A stretch of DNA of 64,000 nucleotides from positions 29,011-93,010 of the IMG/VR virus record IMGVR_UViG_3300046665_000361. One strand, 5' to 3'. The translations under genes were made by a program, and so were the position numbers. The notes beneath the pieces are model-generated. The model made no database searches, was not told the DNA's origin, and worked only from the letters and a program-made list of their open reading frames with translations. The stretch comes from a virus. Shown here in pieces: positions 1 through 9,389 of the stretch (positions are counted from its first letter, which is position 1; each line of letters opens with the position of its first letter).

Positions 1-1
1 A

Positions 2-1063
2 GGTAGCGATATCGTCCCTCTGCCGTACAACGTCGAGTACTACTACCTGCCTGAAGTGTTCCAACACAGCGCCGGCCGCGAGTACGTTGAAGGTTGGGAG
101 AACTCTCCTCAGGTGTCTTCTCCAGGTTTGGTCAATCTCGGCGCCTACGAGTTTTCGGAGATCGAATCTCTGGCCAAGTTGACTGACGACGGTGGCTTCA
201 ACGATCTGCTGGCAGAACTGCTGGCTGATGACGATAGCGCTGGTTACAAGGCTATCTACGAAGTCCTGTCGGGCCGTACTGACGTCAACAACATCGACGT
301 CAACTTCACCCTGCCACTGGCCATCGTTGTGCGTAACATCGAAGTGCCTAAGCAAGGCGTCACGATGAATGCTGAGCAATACGGCATGAACCGTAGCCTG
401 GTCGCTAACGTCGCTGCCAAGCGCGCCCTGAAGACCATCATCCAGAACTCCCATTCGACCAACACCATGGCTCTGTACCGCGGTGCTGAACGCGCTACCA
501 ACGGCGTGATCAAGGTCAATGGCGATGTCTACAGCGAAATGCTGGATCGTGGCCTGACCATCGAAGCACTGATCGGTAACGAAATCGTCGGCCGTAAGTT
601 CTACGGTAAGGAATTGCTCGAAGTCACCAACATCGAGTTCCTGACCGAAGCCTACGAGCGTGATCGTGCTGTGCGTCAACGTGCCCATGTGGCTGACCTG
701 CAACGTCGTTCCCGTCAGGCGATTCAATCGACCCTGCGCGATGACCTGAACCAGATCGCCACTGCCGGTAACTTCGTTATCGAAACCGACAGCCAAGAGA
801 AGGCCTGGAGCCGTCTGCGTTCGTTCATGGATTCGCTCTTCAAGAACGAGTTCGCGAACTACGAGCCGACTTCCGTCATTGCGGCTGCCGTCTGTTACGT
901 CTGGTACTCGCACACCGATGCGGCGCGTTTCATCGACATCCTGTTCGATGTCGAAAGCCGTAACAAGGGCATGGACAAGAAAGAGCTGGCCACTCTGGCC
1001 ACTCTGCAATATCTCTGCTCGTGGGTGCTGAGTCAGCTGACCTGCTCCAAACCAGACGCTTAA
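2..1063 (+). CDS. Virion/head protein, 5'-truncated (phiKZ gp177 / SPN3US gp243 position)
   Basis: The frame is open from base 2, so the gene starts before the window. Codon bias is strong. Identity comes from synteny upstream of the RNAP beta'-C and protease genes only. Confidence 0.5.
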   Translation, partial: GSDIVPLPYNVEYYYLPEVFQHSAGREYVEGWENSPQVSSPGLVNLGAYEFSEIESLAKLTDDGGFNDLLAELLADDDSAGYKAIYEVLSGRTDVNNIDVNFTLPLAIVVRNIEVPKQGVTMNAEQYGMNRSLVANVAAKRALKTIIQNSHSTNTMALYRGAERATNGVIKVNGDVYSEMLDRGLTIEALIGNEIVGRKFYGKELLEVTNIEFLTEAYERDRAVRQRAHVADLQRRSRQAIQSTLRDDLNQIATAGNFVIETDSQEKAWSRLRSFMDSLFKNEFANYEPTSVIAAAVCYVWYSHTDAARFIDILFDVESRNKGMDKKELATLATLQYLCSWVLSQLTCSKPDA

Positions 1064-1078
1064 TCATCGAGGTGGCTC

Positions 1079-1801
1079 ATGCAGTCGAGTATTTTCAAAC
1101 GCGACAAGGCACGGGTCAATCGAGCATTCAAGAAGGCTGGTGATTCATTGATCGCTTTGGAGCCGCTTCGGATTCATATCCCGGAACGGTTCCTTGAGCG
1201 TGATCTTGCTGTGATCGAGGATGTCTCGTACATCCTTGGTTGCTATGCAATCATTACTGAGGACAACTATTACGCACCTACACTCGTCCCAGCCATGCTC
1301 AAGACTGAGTTCGATCGCATTGGTCGTACTGTAATCAACGATGTTGGTTATGTCGAGTTGGCTTTCGATAAGGGTTCGAAGATCGTTGCTTCAACCAACC
1401 CCGTAGTGCTGGATAACCTGCCCCACCGTATTTATACCGAGTTCCACGGTAAAGGTCGCATTCCGTGGTATTACGACAAAGATGACCTGCCCTTCGTCTT
1501 TGCACAATCGCCGAAATACAATGGTGTGACATTAGGCGCCGATCCTGCCATCTGGGAATACGTTTCTGCTTCCCTGTGTCGAGATCCGGATGATCCTACT
1601 CGTTACTTCCGTCAAATTCCAAACTCCAAGGCTATTTCGAAAACCAAGGAACCTTACTTCGTGGCTTTACGTAACGTAAGCTTCGGTAGTACGAACGTGA
1701 CATCCAAGTTGGGTGGATCGTACGCTGACCCAGGTTTGACCAGTGCGCTGGCTAACCCGTCTGAAAGGCCTGAACGTTTCGAATCGGTATTGAGGGCATA
1801 A
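1079..1801 (+). CDS. Virion RNA polymerase beta' C-terminal subunit (phiKZ gp176 / SPN3US gp244-like)
   Basis: The C-terminal segment VALRNVSFGSTNVTSKLGGSY...LTSAL...FESVLR resembles the beta' C-terminal region. It lies directly upstream of the protease, with SD GAGG. Confidence 0.65.
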   Translation: MQSSIFKRDKARVNRAFKKAGDSLIALEPLRIHIPERFLERDLAVIEDVSYILGCYAIITEDNYYAPTLVPAMLKTEFDRIGRTVINDVGYVELAFDKGSKIVASTNPVVLDNLPHRIYTEFHGKGRIPWYYDKDDLPFVFAQSPKYNGVTLGADPAIWEYVSASLCRDPDDPTRYFRQIPNSKAISKTKEPYFVALRNVSFGSTNVTSKLGGSYADPGLTSALANPSERPERFESVLRA

Positions 1802-1812
1802 AGGACATCATC

Positions 1813-2607
1813 ATGGCTAGTGCCGCTATTGCCACCTCTCCCTCCATGTCGTACGGTAACATTGCGTTACCTTCCAGCGGCAAACAGGGTATCTTGAAAA
1901 AGCTTGACTCCGGCTATGTCGAAATCATTCTCGGCGCGTTTGGAACCTTTGGAAATGGCGACTGGCTGTACGACACCGCTTCAGCGATGAAGGTGTTCAA
2001 CAGCGATCCCGATTTCCGTCGGATGCTCGAAGCTGGGCGTCTGAAAAGTGAGTGGGGTCATCCAGTTCGTCCACCTGGCCTTACTGATGCTGAGTGGTTC
2101 ATTCGGATCTGTACGATCTACGAGCCAAACGTTTCCTCGCACATCCGCCGGGTGACTCCGTCGTTCGACACCATCGTTGATGCTAAGGGCCGTAAGGTCG
2201 TTGCTATCATCGGTGAAGTGAAAGGGTCTGGTCCACATTCTCGTGAATTCAACGAGTCTCTGGAGAACCCTCACGAAGACGTGAACTACTCCATCCGTTG
2301 CTTTGCCGAGAAGAACTTCTCCAACTCGACGAAGTACATGAAGAAGATCGTCAACTGGGACAGCGTAACTGACCCCGGCGTGCCGATTGCCAACAAATAC
2401 GCCACACCGAGCATGGAATCTCGTTTCCAAGTGGCGCGGATGTTGGATGAAGCCGAGTTCGATCTGGACCGTATTCGTGAAGGTCTGATCACTCCGTCTA
2501 ACGACGAGAGCTTCGAATCTTCTGCAAAACCTGCTCGCGCTATTTTCCAATCGCTCTACGAGAGCACCACCACTCGCATTGCGATGCCAGCTGCTCTTGC
2601 CTGGTAA
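1813..2607 (+). CDS. Prohead protease (phiKZ gp175 / T4 gp21-like)
   Basis: Motifs SEWGHP (His), YSIRC (Ser) and WDSVTDPG are present. C-terminal S-x-E sites (SME, SFE) fit autocleavage. Confidence 0.88.
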   Translation: MASAAIATSPSMSYGNIALPSSGKQGILKKLDSGYVEIILGAFGTFGNGDWLYDTASAMKVFNSDPDFRRMLEAGRLKSEWGHPVRPPGLTDAEWFIRICTIYEPNVSSHIRRVTPSFDTIVDAKGRKVVAIIGEVKGSGPHSREFNESLENPHEDVNYSIRCFAEKNFSNSTKYMKKIVNWDSVTDPGVPIANKYATPSMESRFQVARMLDEAEFDLDRIREGLITPSNDESFESSAKPARAIFQSLYESTTTRIAMPAALAW

Positions 2608-2631
2608 CCGCTAACGCCAAGGAATGTTTCC

Positions 2632-4047
2632 ATGTTCAATAACGATTTGCTGAACTACGCCACCGAATCTGGCGTTGTAGAAGAAGAGCAGGTTAGCGGT
2701 CAGAACGACGCGCTGGTCGATGTGTTGGTAAACGAAGCTGCCTCGTCGCCTTCTGAAACCGTTACTTCGGTAATGGATCAGGCTGAATCGACTGCTGAAG
2801 TGGCCGAACAGCTGGAAGACCTGGCTGATCGTGCTGAAGCTGTGGCTGAGAAGGCCCAGGAAGCTGCTCAGGGCACCGGCGTCGTACCTGCCGATGTGGT
2901 GGTAGCCACTGAGAGCATGCACCGCGAATACGCGACTGTGATGCGTGCTTACAAATTGGTCATGCCTGCAACCAGTTTCGAAGCGGCTGGTAGTGACTAC
3001 GAACGTCTGCGCGGTATTGCTACCGATGCTCGCCGTACTGCCAACCTCGCTCGCGGTAGCCGTGATGCGATGCTCGACTACAGCGAAGAAGGTGCGCTGC
3101 TGTCCTTCATTCGTCGTGATGCTTCGAAGCTCGATACCGCTCGTCAAGCCCTGGGCACAGCGGGCAGTAATCTTCAGCGCCATATCGACAACGTTCGTGA
3201 AAAACCGGTCGGCATCAAGAACATGGCGTTTGCCCGGTTCATGACTCGCGAAGGTCAGCCGGTGAAAGATCTTCCTCGAGCTTTGACCGAAGAAGCTACT
3301 TATCTCGGTAAAGTGCACGATGCGGCGCAGGCCGGTGCTGTAGCGCTGGGCGCAATGGCTGATCAGCTGGCTGGCGGTGCTCCAGTTACCACGTTGATCA
3401 ACCGCGCCAATATTTTTGGCGCGCTGAGTCAGCTCGAAACGAACCAAGGTCAGCTGATGGGTAACTTCAGCTTCCGGATCAATAGTGGCAACAACACCAT
3501 GCCTGGTGTCAGCGCTCCAAAGTTCTCCCGAGTCAGCGAGAACAAAGTCAATGGTAAAGACATTGTCTGGGGCATTATCGGTGCGTACGGCGGCGCTTTC
3601 CTCGGTTATAACGCTGGTGCGCTGGTTGTACTCGGCGGTGTTATGGCCGGGATTGCGGTGCCATTGTCGCTGATTACTGCTGCCACAATCGGCGGCACGG
3701 CGGCGCTTAGTAAAGCGACTTACAACAGCTCCGCTGACCACACCGAAGTTAAATCTCAGGCTGGCGTCAAAGATCTCCAAACGAGTATCAATCTCGTACT
3801 GGGCTTCCGTCGTTACCTGGATTACAAAGTCGACTCCGATACCATCCAGGCCAAGATCAAAGCTGCGCGCGGTGCCGGCAAGAGTTTGGCTGGGGAAGAT
3901 CGTAAGCTGCACAACTCGGCATGCGACGAGATGGAAACGAGTCTCTCTCGTCTTGTCAGGTTGGCAGAGTTGGTGTACGAACAAGCGTTCTATGACACCA
4001 CCATGCTGGCTGCTCTGGTCGATGGTCTGGTTAACCGGTCGCATTGA
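2632..4047 (+). CDS. Internal head protein with acidic propeptide
   Basis: Acidic N-terminus with A/S-x-E protease sites (ATE twice, SFE). A Gly/Ala-rich hydrophobic stretch lies near residues 310-358. It follows the protease gene. Confidence 0.65.
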   Translation: MFNNDLLNYATESGVVEEEQVSGQNDALVDVLVNEAASSPSETVTSVMDQAESTAEVAEQLEDLADRAEAVAEKAQEAAQGTGVVPADVVVATESMHREYATVMRAYKLVMPATSFEAAGSDYERLRGIATDARRTANLARGSRDAMLDYSEEGALLSFIRRDASKLDTARQALGTAGSNLQRHIDNVREKPVGIKNMAFARFMTREGQPVKDLPRALTEEATYLGKVHDAAQAGAVALGAMADQLAGGAPVTTLINRANIFGALSQLETNQGQLMGNFSFRINSGNNTMPGVSAPKFSRVSENKVNGKDIVWGIIGAYGGAFLGYNAGALVVLGGVMAGIAVPLSLITAATIGGTAALSKATYNSSADHTEVKSQAGVKDLQTSINLVLGFRRYLDYKVDSDTIQAKIKAARGAGKSLAGEDRKLHNSACDEMETSLSRLVRLAELVYEQAFYDTTMLAALVDGLVNRSH

Positions 4048-4053
4048 TAATAC

Positions 4054-4089
4054 CCACCTACTGGCCGCAAGGCCAGTAGGTGGTCTATG
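4054..4089 (+). terminator. Hairpin followed by TATG
   Basis: CCACCTACTGGCC-GCAA-GGCCAGTAGGTGG then CTATG, just after the stop codon. Confidence 0.65.
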
Positions 4090-4114
4090 TCGTAAATATT
4101 CGTAATCAAAAAAG

Positions 4115-4140
4115 TTACAGTCATACATTGTTGGCATGAA
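4115..4140 (+). promoter_or_regulatory. Putative early (virion RNAP) promoter
   Basis: TTACAGTCATACATTGTTGGCATGAA matches the recurring ACAT(T)-N7-TG motif. Confidence 0.6.
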
Positions 4141-4171
4141 TACAAACAACATATCGACCGAGGAGGTCACC

Positions 4172-4456
4172 ATGCAAACTCTTATCACTCGTCCAACCAT
4201 CGCTGACGTTACTAACCTCAACGACATGGTCGCTTACCTGTGCCTCGAAATCAAGAGCGCTAAGGATAAGCAAGAAGCGCTGTTCAAGAAAGCTCTGGTT
4301 ACTCAGTGCTTCTACAAGCGTACCGAACTGCTGGCTATGATCGATAACCTGAATGTCCAGGAAACCGATCTGACCAAGCACATGCATTCCGTGCACTACC
4401 AAGCACTGGAAGTAATGGGCGACGACGACTTCGTTGTCGCTCTGTTGGCTGCTTAA
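4172..4456 (+). CDS. Hypothetical early protein
   Basis: ORF 4136..4456; start moved to ATG 4172 behind a GAGGAGG SD. Confidence 0.75.
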   Translation: MQTLITRPTIADVTNLNDMVAYLCLEIKSAKDKQEALFKKALVTQCFYKRTELLAMIDNLNVQETDLTKHMHSVHYQALEVMGDDDFVVALLAA

Positions 4457-4487
4457 TCAATCTCGACCAACGACCTAGGAGGTCACT

Positions 4488-4949
4488 ATGAACCGCACTA
4501 CTCATTCTCTGTTCATCGAAATGTTCGACGCTATCACTGTTGAACTCCCTTACAATCATGACACCATGCCGAACGAAACCAATTACTTCAACGGCCTGGT
4601 GGATCTGGACCTCGGCCTGGAAGTCGGTGAGCGCTTCAAGATCAAAACTGCTCCCGGCAATGACCGCAAGATCATTGGCGTCGTTACCCCAGTCGGTAAT
4701 CTGGTGTTCTTTGAACGCTTCACCAACGGCGAATCCGGTGTCGTGATCATCCAGCCGAGTGACAATCTGCGCGGTATCGCATCTACCGGTTCGTCTACTG
4801 TCGAACAGCTGGATTCACTGATGGGCGGTGTCGGTAATTACAACAACATCGGCAAGACCCTGAAGCGCATTATCACCATCTACAATAAACGTGAGAGTGC
4901 TGCCGAAGAGCTGCCTAACGGCCCGGATACTTTCCGCGCCAGCGAGTAA
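4488..4949 (+). CDS. Hypothetical early protein
   Basis: AGGAGG SD and phage-like codon usage. Confidence 0.75.
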   Translation: MNRTTHSLFIEMFDAITVELPYNHDTMPNETNYFNGLVDLDLGLEVGERFKIKTAPGNDRKIIGVVTPVGNLVFFERFTNGESGVVIIQPSDNLRGIASTGSSTVEQLDSLMGGVGNYNNIGKTLKRIITIYNKRESAAEELPNGPDTFRASE

Positions 4950-4965
4950 GCTTCAAACAAACAAA

Positions 4966-4991
4966 TTTCAATCACACATAGTCTACTTGAA
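4966..4991 (+). promoter_or_regulatory. Putative early promoter
   Basis: TTTCAATCACACATAGTCTACTTGAA has the same spacing as the other copies. Confidence 0.6.
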
Positions 4992-5033
4992 TACACAACC
5001 GTGTTCGACTAATTACATTCTGGAGTATTACGC

Positions 5034-5273
5034 ATGTCCGGTGAAGTCCTGGTAACTGTTGCTAAAGCTGGTAGCCTGCTGAGCAAAGCCAAAGCCCTCG
5101 CATCCGCCCATCCTGTTGCAGCCGGTGCTGTAGCCGCTCTGGGTCTCACTGCTGTCGTTGCCGGCAGCTGGTGGGGTGCCAAGAAAGCCTTCGGCGATAA
5201 GCCCGCCGCAGCGCCTGCTGCTAAACCTGCGGAACCTGTGAAACCGGCCGAGCCTGCTCAGCCAGCGTCTTAA
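5034..5273 (+). CDS. Small single-pass membrane protein with Pro/Ala tail
   Basis: Hydrophobic VAAGAVAALGLTAVVAGSWWG followed by KPA/EP repeats. It has a GGAG SD plus its own promoter motif and terminator. Confidence 0.75.
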   Translation: MSGEVLVTVAKAGSLLSKAKALASAHPVAAGAVAALGLTAVVAGSWWGAKKAFGDKPAAAPAAKPAEPVKPAEPAQPAS

Positions 5274-5286
5274 CAGACACAAGGAT

Positions 5287-5325
5287 CAGCTGGGCGCAAG
5301 CCCAGCTGTATCCATTTCTTTTTTT
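5287..5325 (+). terminator. Intrinsic terminator
   Basis: CAGCTGGGC-GCAA-GCCCAGCTG followed by a T tract. Confidence 0.75.
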
Positions 5326-5337
5326 ATTCAAAAGGTT

Positions 5338-5363
5338 TTACAGTCACACATTACAATGGTGAC
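5338..5363 (+). promoter_or_regulatory. Putative early promoter
   Basis: TTACAGTCACACATTACAATGGTGAC. Confidence 0.6.
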
Positions 5364-5452
5364 ATAGCGTCTCACCTAGAGTCAGTTGAGTAAATACTTA
5401 CACAGCTAGGCTCTCATGTGAAAGAATTGTTCACCCACCCACGATGTAAGGA

Positions 5453-5920
5453 ATGCCTTTCATGGCCAAAGAAATCTCCCCCGAGACCAAAAGCTTCGCT
5501 GACGATCTGGAAGCTGACGGTACTGTCAACTCCGATACCGGTCATAGCGAAACCCCGAACTTCAAGACCATCGCCGAGAAGCACCTGCCGGCTGGCCTGA
5601 CTTTTGAACTGCTCGAAGCTGCTCACGACTTCACCATCACTGCCGGCGTTGCTAACACCCTGGCGGCGGGTAACCTGCTGAAGAAAGCCATGGTTGCTAA
5701 CTCCGGCCTGGAAAGCGGCACGCTGAAAAACAACCTGGGCTTTGCTGCACTGGAAACCAGTTACACCCGTCGCAAAAGCGGCAAGGTCGGTGAGAAGGAA
5801 TGGACCCGCTACGGCGTGGCCAAAACCGACATCGTCATGGGCACCGGTCGCAAGAAGGCTCAGCTGAACGCCGTCTACACGCACCTGTCCGAAGAAGCCG
5901 AGTCCGTCTTCAGCAACTAA
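5453..5920 (+). CDS. Hypothetical early protein, probably highly expressed
   Basis: Very strong codon bias. The start may be the later ATG (MAKEI) behind AAGGA. Confidence 0.75.
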   Translation: MPFMAKEISPETKSFADDLEADGTVNSDTGHSETPNFKTIAEKHLPAGLTFELLEAAHDFTITAGVANTLAAGNLLKKAMVANSGLESGTLKNNLGFAALETSYTRRKSGKVGEKEWTRYGVAKTDIVMGTGRKKAQLNAVYTHLSEEAESVFSN

Positions 5921-5969
5921 TGCCTGGCGCCTGTCGAGGGTGGGCCGATCTCTCGACAGTAGTCGACAT

Positions 5970-6000
5970 CATACAGCGGGGCCTCGTGCTCCGCTGTATG
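5970..6000. repeat. CATACAGC...GCTGTATG hairpin family copy
   Basis: CATACAGCGGGGCCTCGTGCTCCGCTGTATG. Confidence 0.7.
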
Positions 6001-6031
6001 CTCTATCTTTATTTTGTATTAGGGGTAAATC

Positions 6032-6442
6032 ATGGTAGGCAAGAAAGCAAAAGACTTTGACCGTAAGACTCCCGTTCCTCAATCTCCGCGCCGAGCGGTC
6101 GAGTTGGTTACCATCCACGGTAATGGGGAAACTCTCGCCGCTCTCGAGAAGAACATCTTCGACTCCATCGGCATCCGTGTGGTCATTCGCATGGGTTCGA
6201 CGCTCGAAGTGTTCTCTGACATCGAGAAGTACTTGTCCGATACATTGTCTCTTAATCACAACGTCGGTGAGTTCAGGGCGCTGCTAAGGGCTATGCTCAA
6301 AACGACTATGCACATCGGTAAGCGGGGTCAGGTTCTGAGCAACCATGATATCGTCATGGGAGATATCGTAGTGATTCGTCCTGATGGGCGAGAAGCTACC
6401 GGACAGATGCTGCTCAAGAACGCAGTCTGGGAGAAGAAGTAA
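6032..6442 (+). CDS. Hypothetical protein
   Basis: ORF with a GGGG SD; its stop overlaps the next start. Confidence 0.7.
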   Translation: MVGKKAKDFDRKTPVPQSPRRAVELVTIHGNGETLAALEKNIFDSIGIRVVIRMGSTLEVFSDIEKYLSDTLSLNHNVGEFRALLRAMLKTTMHIGKRGQVLSNHDIVMGDIVVIRPDGREATGQMLLKNAVWEKK

Positions 6443-7209
6443 TGTCGCGTTCGTGGTTTACGATGATCGATGAGGAAGTGGCATCACTTCATCGATTCAA
6501 GATGGTCATACACCCAGTCGGTGAAGTGATCGTCGCCGACGACAATGTGGTCAAACGCCGTACTGGTTCGTTCGGACACTACGAGGTTACTGTCTTTGAT
6601 CGCGGCGATCAATTTTCCTCTACTGAATTTACGGTAGAGGATAAGTCCAATCTTCTACCTCATCTTCTAGGTGGCCGGGGTGTCAAAGAACTCGTGGCGG
6701 CTGCTGCGGACGATCGGATAAAGACACAGACCCTCATTGACTTTATCGGTGTAGGTCCTCTGGCATTGAGCTTGGGTGTGTTAGGTGCCAGGGTGGAGTA
6801 TTGGGATGATGAAAGTCCCGCCACGTCAATCACCAACGTCTACGATGCTGACGAATGTTGTTGGACCTATGTAGATGGTTTACTGCTTGGTAAGATCCTC
6901 AACCAGTGCTTGTGCGGTATGCCTTGGGAGACATTCATCTTCGTCTTCCATTCCATTGAGCATTTAGGTATGCCATTGCCAGAAAACCCCATGCGCGATC
7001 TTGATAAATCAGACCGTTGGAAGAACCGCATGGCCGCAGTTGCTAAATACGGCGATGGTCCGCTGTACTACATCTGGCACTCTCTTGAACACTACGAGTT
7101 GCTAGAACACGGTAGTTCGGCTCCAGGCCACTTAACGGGTAAAGGCGAACATTTCCTCGAATTGATGAAATACGCCATTCTTGAAGAAATGAAATCGAGG
7201 GATGATTGA
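6442..7209 (+). CDS. Hypothetical protein
   Basis: 255-aa ORF coupled to both neighbours. Confidence 0.7.
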   Translation: MSRSWFTMIDEEVASLHRFKMVIHPVGEVIVADDNVVKRRTGSFGHYEVTVFDRGDQFSSTEFTVEDKSNLLPHLLGGRGVKELVAAAADDRIKTQTLIDFIGVGPLALSLGVLGARVEYWDDESPATSITNVYDADECCWTYVDGLLLGKILNQCLCGMPWETFIFVFHSIEHLGMPLPENPMRDLDKSDRWKNRMAAVAKYGDGPLYYIWHSLEHYELLEHGSSAPGHLTGKGEHFLELMKYAILEEMKSRDD

Positions 7210-7726
7210 AATGACAAAGATACTTGTTCATCACGGCCAGATGTTTATCGATAAGACCTGTTCCAAACTAGCCACACTGGCCGATGAAGAACATCGGGAA
7301 GCGTTCAAGATGAACAGCGCAACGATTTCGCTGCGCCCACCATCTAATCTGTGGGTGGCTAACAATGCCGGTGAGTTTGGGTATTTCGAGCTGGCAAATC
7401 CTGCGTATGGCTACAAGATCCATGTCGTCCTGGTATTCGGTAACGGGAATGCACATTTTCGAATACTGGGTCCTGGAACATTTGATCGGGAGATGTTTGC
7501 GGCATTTGATGCGGCTCCGGTAATGAACACTGATCAGGAGTTTGCCATACTCCGGGACCAGATCCGGTCTGAAGATAAATCATCCATCGTGCTGCAATTA
7601 GGTAGCCATGAAGAGCTTGAACTGGTCACCAACAAGGCGGCGCTCTTTCTCTACAAGTTAGTCCATTACTTCGATCTAATCATCGATGATAGTGAGCTTG
7701 TAGAGATCGCCAACGCGATCATCTAA
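7202..7726 (+). CDS. Hypothetical protein, paralog of 7786..8292
   Basis: Shares MTK(I/L)L, DEEHR, ISL, EE.(E/D)LV..KAA.F.Y.L and F.LI.D with the next ORF. Confidence 0.75.
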   Translation: MIEMTKILVHHGQMFIDKTCSKLATLADEEHREAFKMNSATISLRPPSNLWVANNAGEFGYFELANPAYGYKIHVVLVFGNGNAHFRILGPGTFDREMFAAFDAAPVMNTDQEFAILRDQIRSEDKSSIVLQLGSHEELELVTNKAALFLYKLVHYFDLIIDDSELVEIANAII

Positions 7727-7785
7727 AGACAGGTTCGAAACGACGACGAGTCAAGAAATTGGTTACCTAATCGAGGAGCATTGAG

Positions 7786-8292
7786 ATGACAAAGCTTTTG
7801 GCTACGCGAGGCTACAGCCTCATGGAAAATACGATCGATAAGTTGATGATTCTCGTCGACGAAGAGCATCGTAACGAAGTGATCGACAACGATCATTCTA
7901 TTTCGCTGTCCACTCAAACCGATCTCGGGAAGCCTTCGATCCTGTTCGATATCGATGATGGCAAAGGCGGGCGACATCTCTTAATCTTACTGACAGCAGT
8001 AAAGGGTGACGCCGTACTCTGCGTTACTCCCGGTAACGGATTTTTAGCTAAACGCGATATCCTGAGCGACATTGCCGAAGACACGCTTATCGGTACTGAC
8101 AAACCGTTCACCCTACCCGGTAGTGAAATCCATGGCGCATTCGCCAGGACTAAGAATCTGCGACTAGGTCCTTGGGAAGAGGTCGATCTCGTGTCTAGCA
8201 AGGCTGCATTCTTCATCTATCAATTAGCAACTGAGTTTGAGCTGATCGTTGACGAAGAAGATCTCGAAAGTATCGCTGACCACGATATCTGA
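7786..8292 (+). CDS. Hypothetical protein, paralog of 7202..7726
   Basis: Same shared motifs as the previous ORF; GAGGAG SD. Confidence 0.75.
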   Translation: MTKLLATRGYSLMENTIDKLMILVDEEHRNEVIDNDHSISLSTQTDLGKPSILFDIDDGKGGRHLLILLTAVKGDAVLCVTPGNGFLAKRDILSDIAEDTLIGTDKPFTLPGSEIHGAFARTKNLRLGPWEEVDLVSSKAAFFIYQLATEFELIVDEEDLESIADHDI

Positions 8293-8294
8293 AG

Positions 8295-8336
8295 ACAGGA
8301 GAGGCGTAAGCCTCTCCTGTACTCTTCTTTTTTTTT
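8295..8336 (+). terminator. Intrinsic terminator
   Basis: ACAGGAGAGGC-GTAA-GCCTCTCCTGT followed by a T9 tract. Confidence 0.8.
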
Positions 8337-8528
8337 GTGTTTGTATTGAGCCATCAGGCATAACCATCATCACAACCTCCTGTAACGCTATCCTGGACGT
8401 TACCAGACATTAACTGCATGACGAGTAGGTATGTGATATATCGCAGCTCAGGGAGCTTCTCAGATAGATGCGGCATAAAGGGTGGAACATCGGACACCAT
8501 CCGAAGACAGTGTCCGATGCGCCGCGAG

Positions 8529-9389
8529 TTACGGAGAGACCAGAGTACGTTTGACCGTATTGATCTGCTCGTAATAACCCGTTGGAATGGTGGTGACGTT
8601 GGAGTCGGCCGCCGTGAGGAAGTTGGCTTGGTACATTGGGTCGAGACCGGTTACCCGAACTGCGTCCATGAAACCTTGAGCCAGTTTCTCAACAGCGTAG
8701 CCGGTCTTCTGCCAGCCAGTCCAGTTCAGGTTGTAAGTGAGAGTCTCACCTTCCTGAGTGGTCTGACGGTTACCGGTGTTTTCACCGATGTCCTGGTACG
8801 GCCAGAAGTTGGTGATCAGCCAGGCGCGTTGCACCTTACGGAAAGTCTTATCAGGCTCGAAAGCGATGATAGTGCCGCCGTATACGTCAGCCAGTTGGTC
8901 GGTGAAGTTATCGCTGACGCCAGACAGAAGCGCGTGGCCGCTATCAGGGTCCATGATCAGATAACGAGTCAGGTCCTGCAAGAAGCGCAGTACTGGCATG
9001 TTATCTTTCTCAACGACCGTCGAACTGATCTGCGAGCGTGCACGGGATACACGACTTGGCGTTTGGAACATCTCGCCAGCGCTACCCAGTGCAGTTTCCT
9101 GGACGGCGACGTTGAGGGTCTGGTTGAAGCCAGTCCACGTCTGCATCCAGTTTTCGATCAAGTTCTTGTAGGCCGCGATGTAAGCCGATGCGTTAGGCAT
9201 CAGCGTCAGGCCAGACGGCACTTGCAGTACTTTGATGATCAACGGCTTACGGATATAATCCGTGGCCGAAGGGTAGTACTGCATGTCAGTCAGGTAACCC
9301 TGCTGACCTTGCACCGCCAGGCTGAGCACGTCCAGTTGCGCGCGCTCAGCGTAGCCCTTGTTGGTGAGTGTACCGGAGTAACGAGCCAT
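8529..9389 (-). CDS. Tail tube protein (phiKZ gp30-like)
   Basis: Immediately downstream of the sheath gene; 286 aa; AWLITNFWP is a tube-like motif. Confidence 0.8.
   Translation of the reverse strand: MARYSGTLTNKGYAERAQLDVLSLAVQGQQGYLTDMQYYPSATDYIRKPLIIKVLQVPSGLTLMPNASAYIAAYKNLIENWMQTWTGFNQTLNVAVQETALGSAGEMFQTPSRVSRARSQISSTVVEKDNMPVLRFLQDLTRYLIMDPDSGHALLSGVSDNFTDQLADVYGGTIIAFEPDKTFRKVQRAWLITNFWPYQDIGENTGNRQTTQEGETLTYNLNWTGWQKTGYAVEKLAQGFMDAVRVTGLDPMYQANFLTAADSNVTTIPTGYYEQINTVKRTLVSP

Noticed and set aside
8224-8370. 48-codon minus-strand ORF behind a perfect AGGAGG SD
   Set aside because: It runs through a terminator A tract and antisense into a real gene, and lies beyond the tail-tube hairpin. 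There is no other support.
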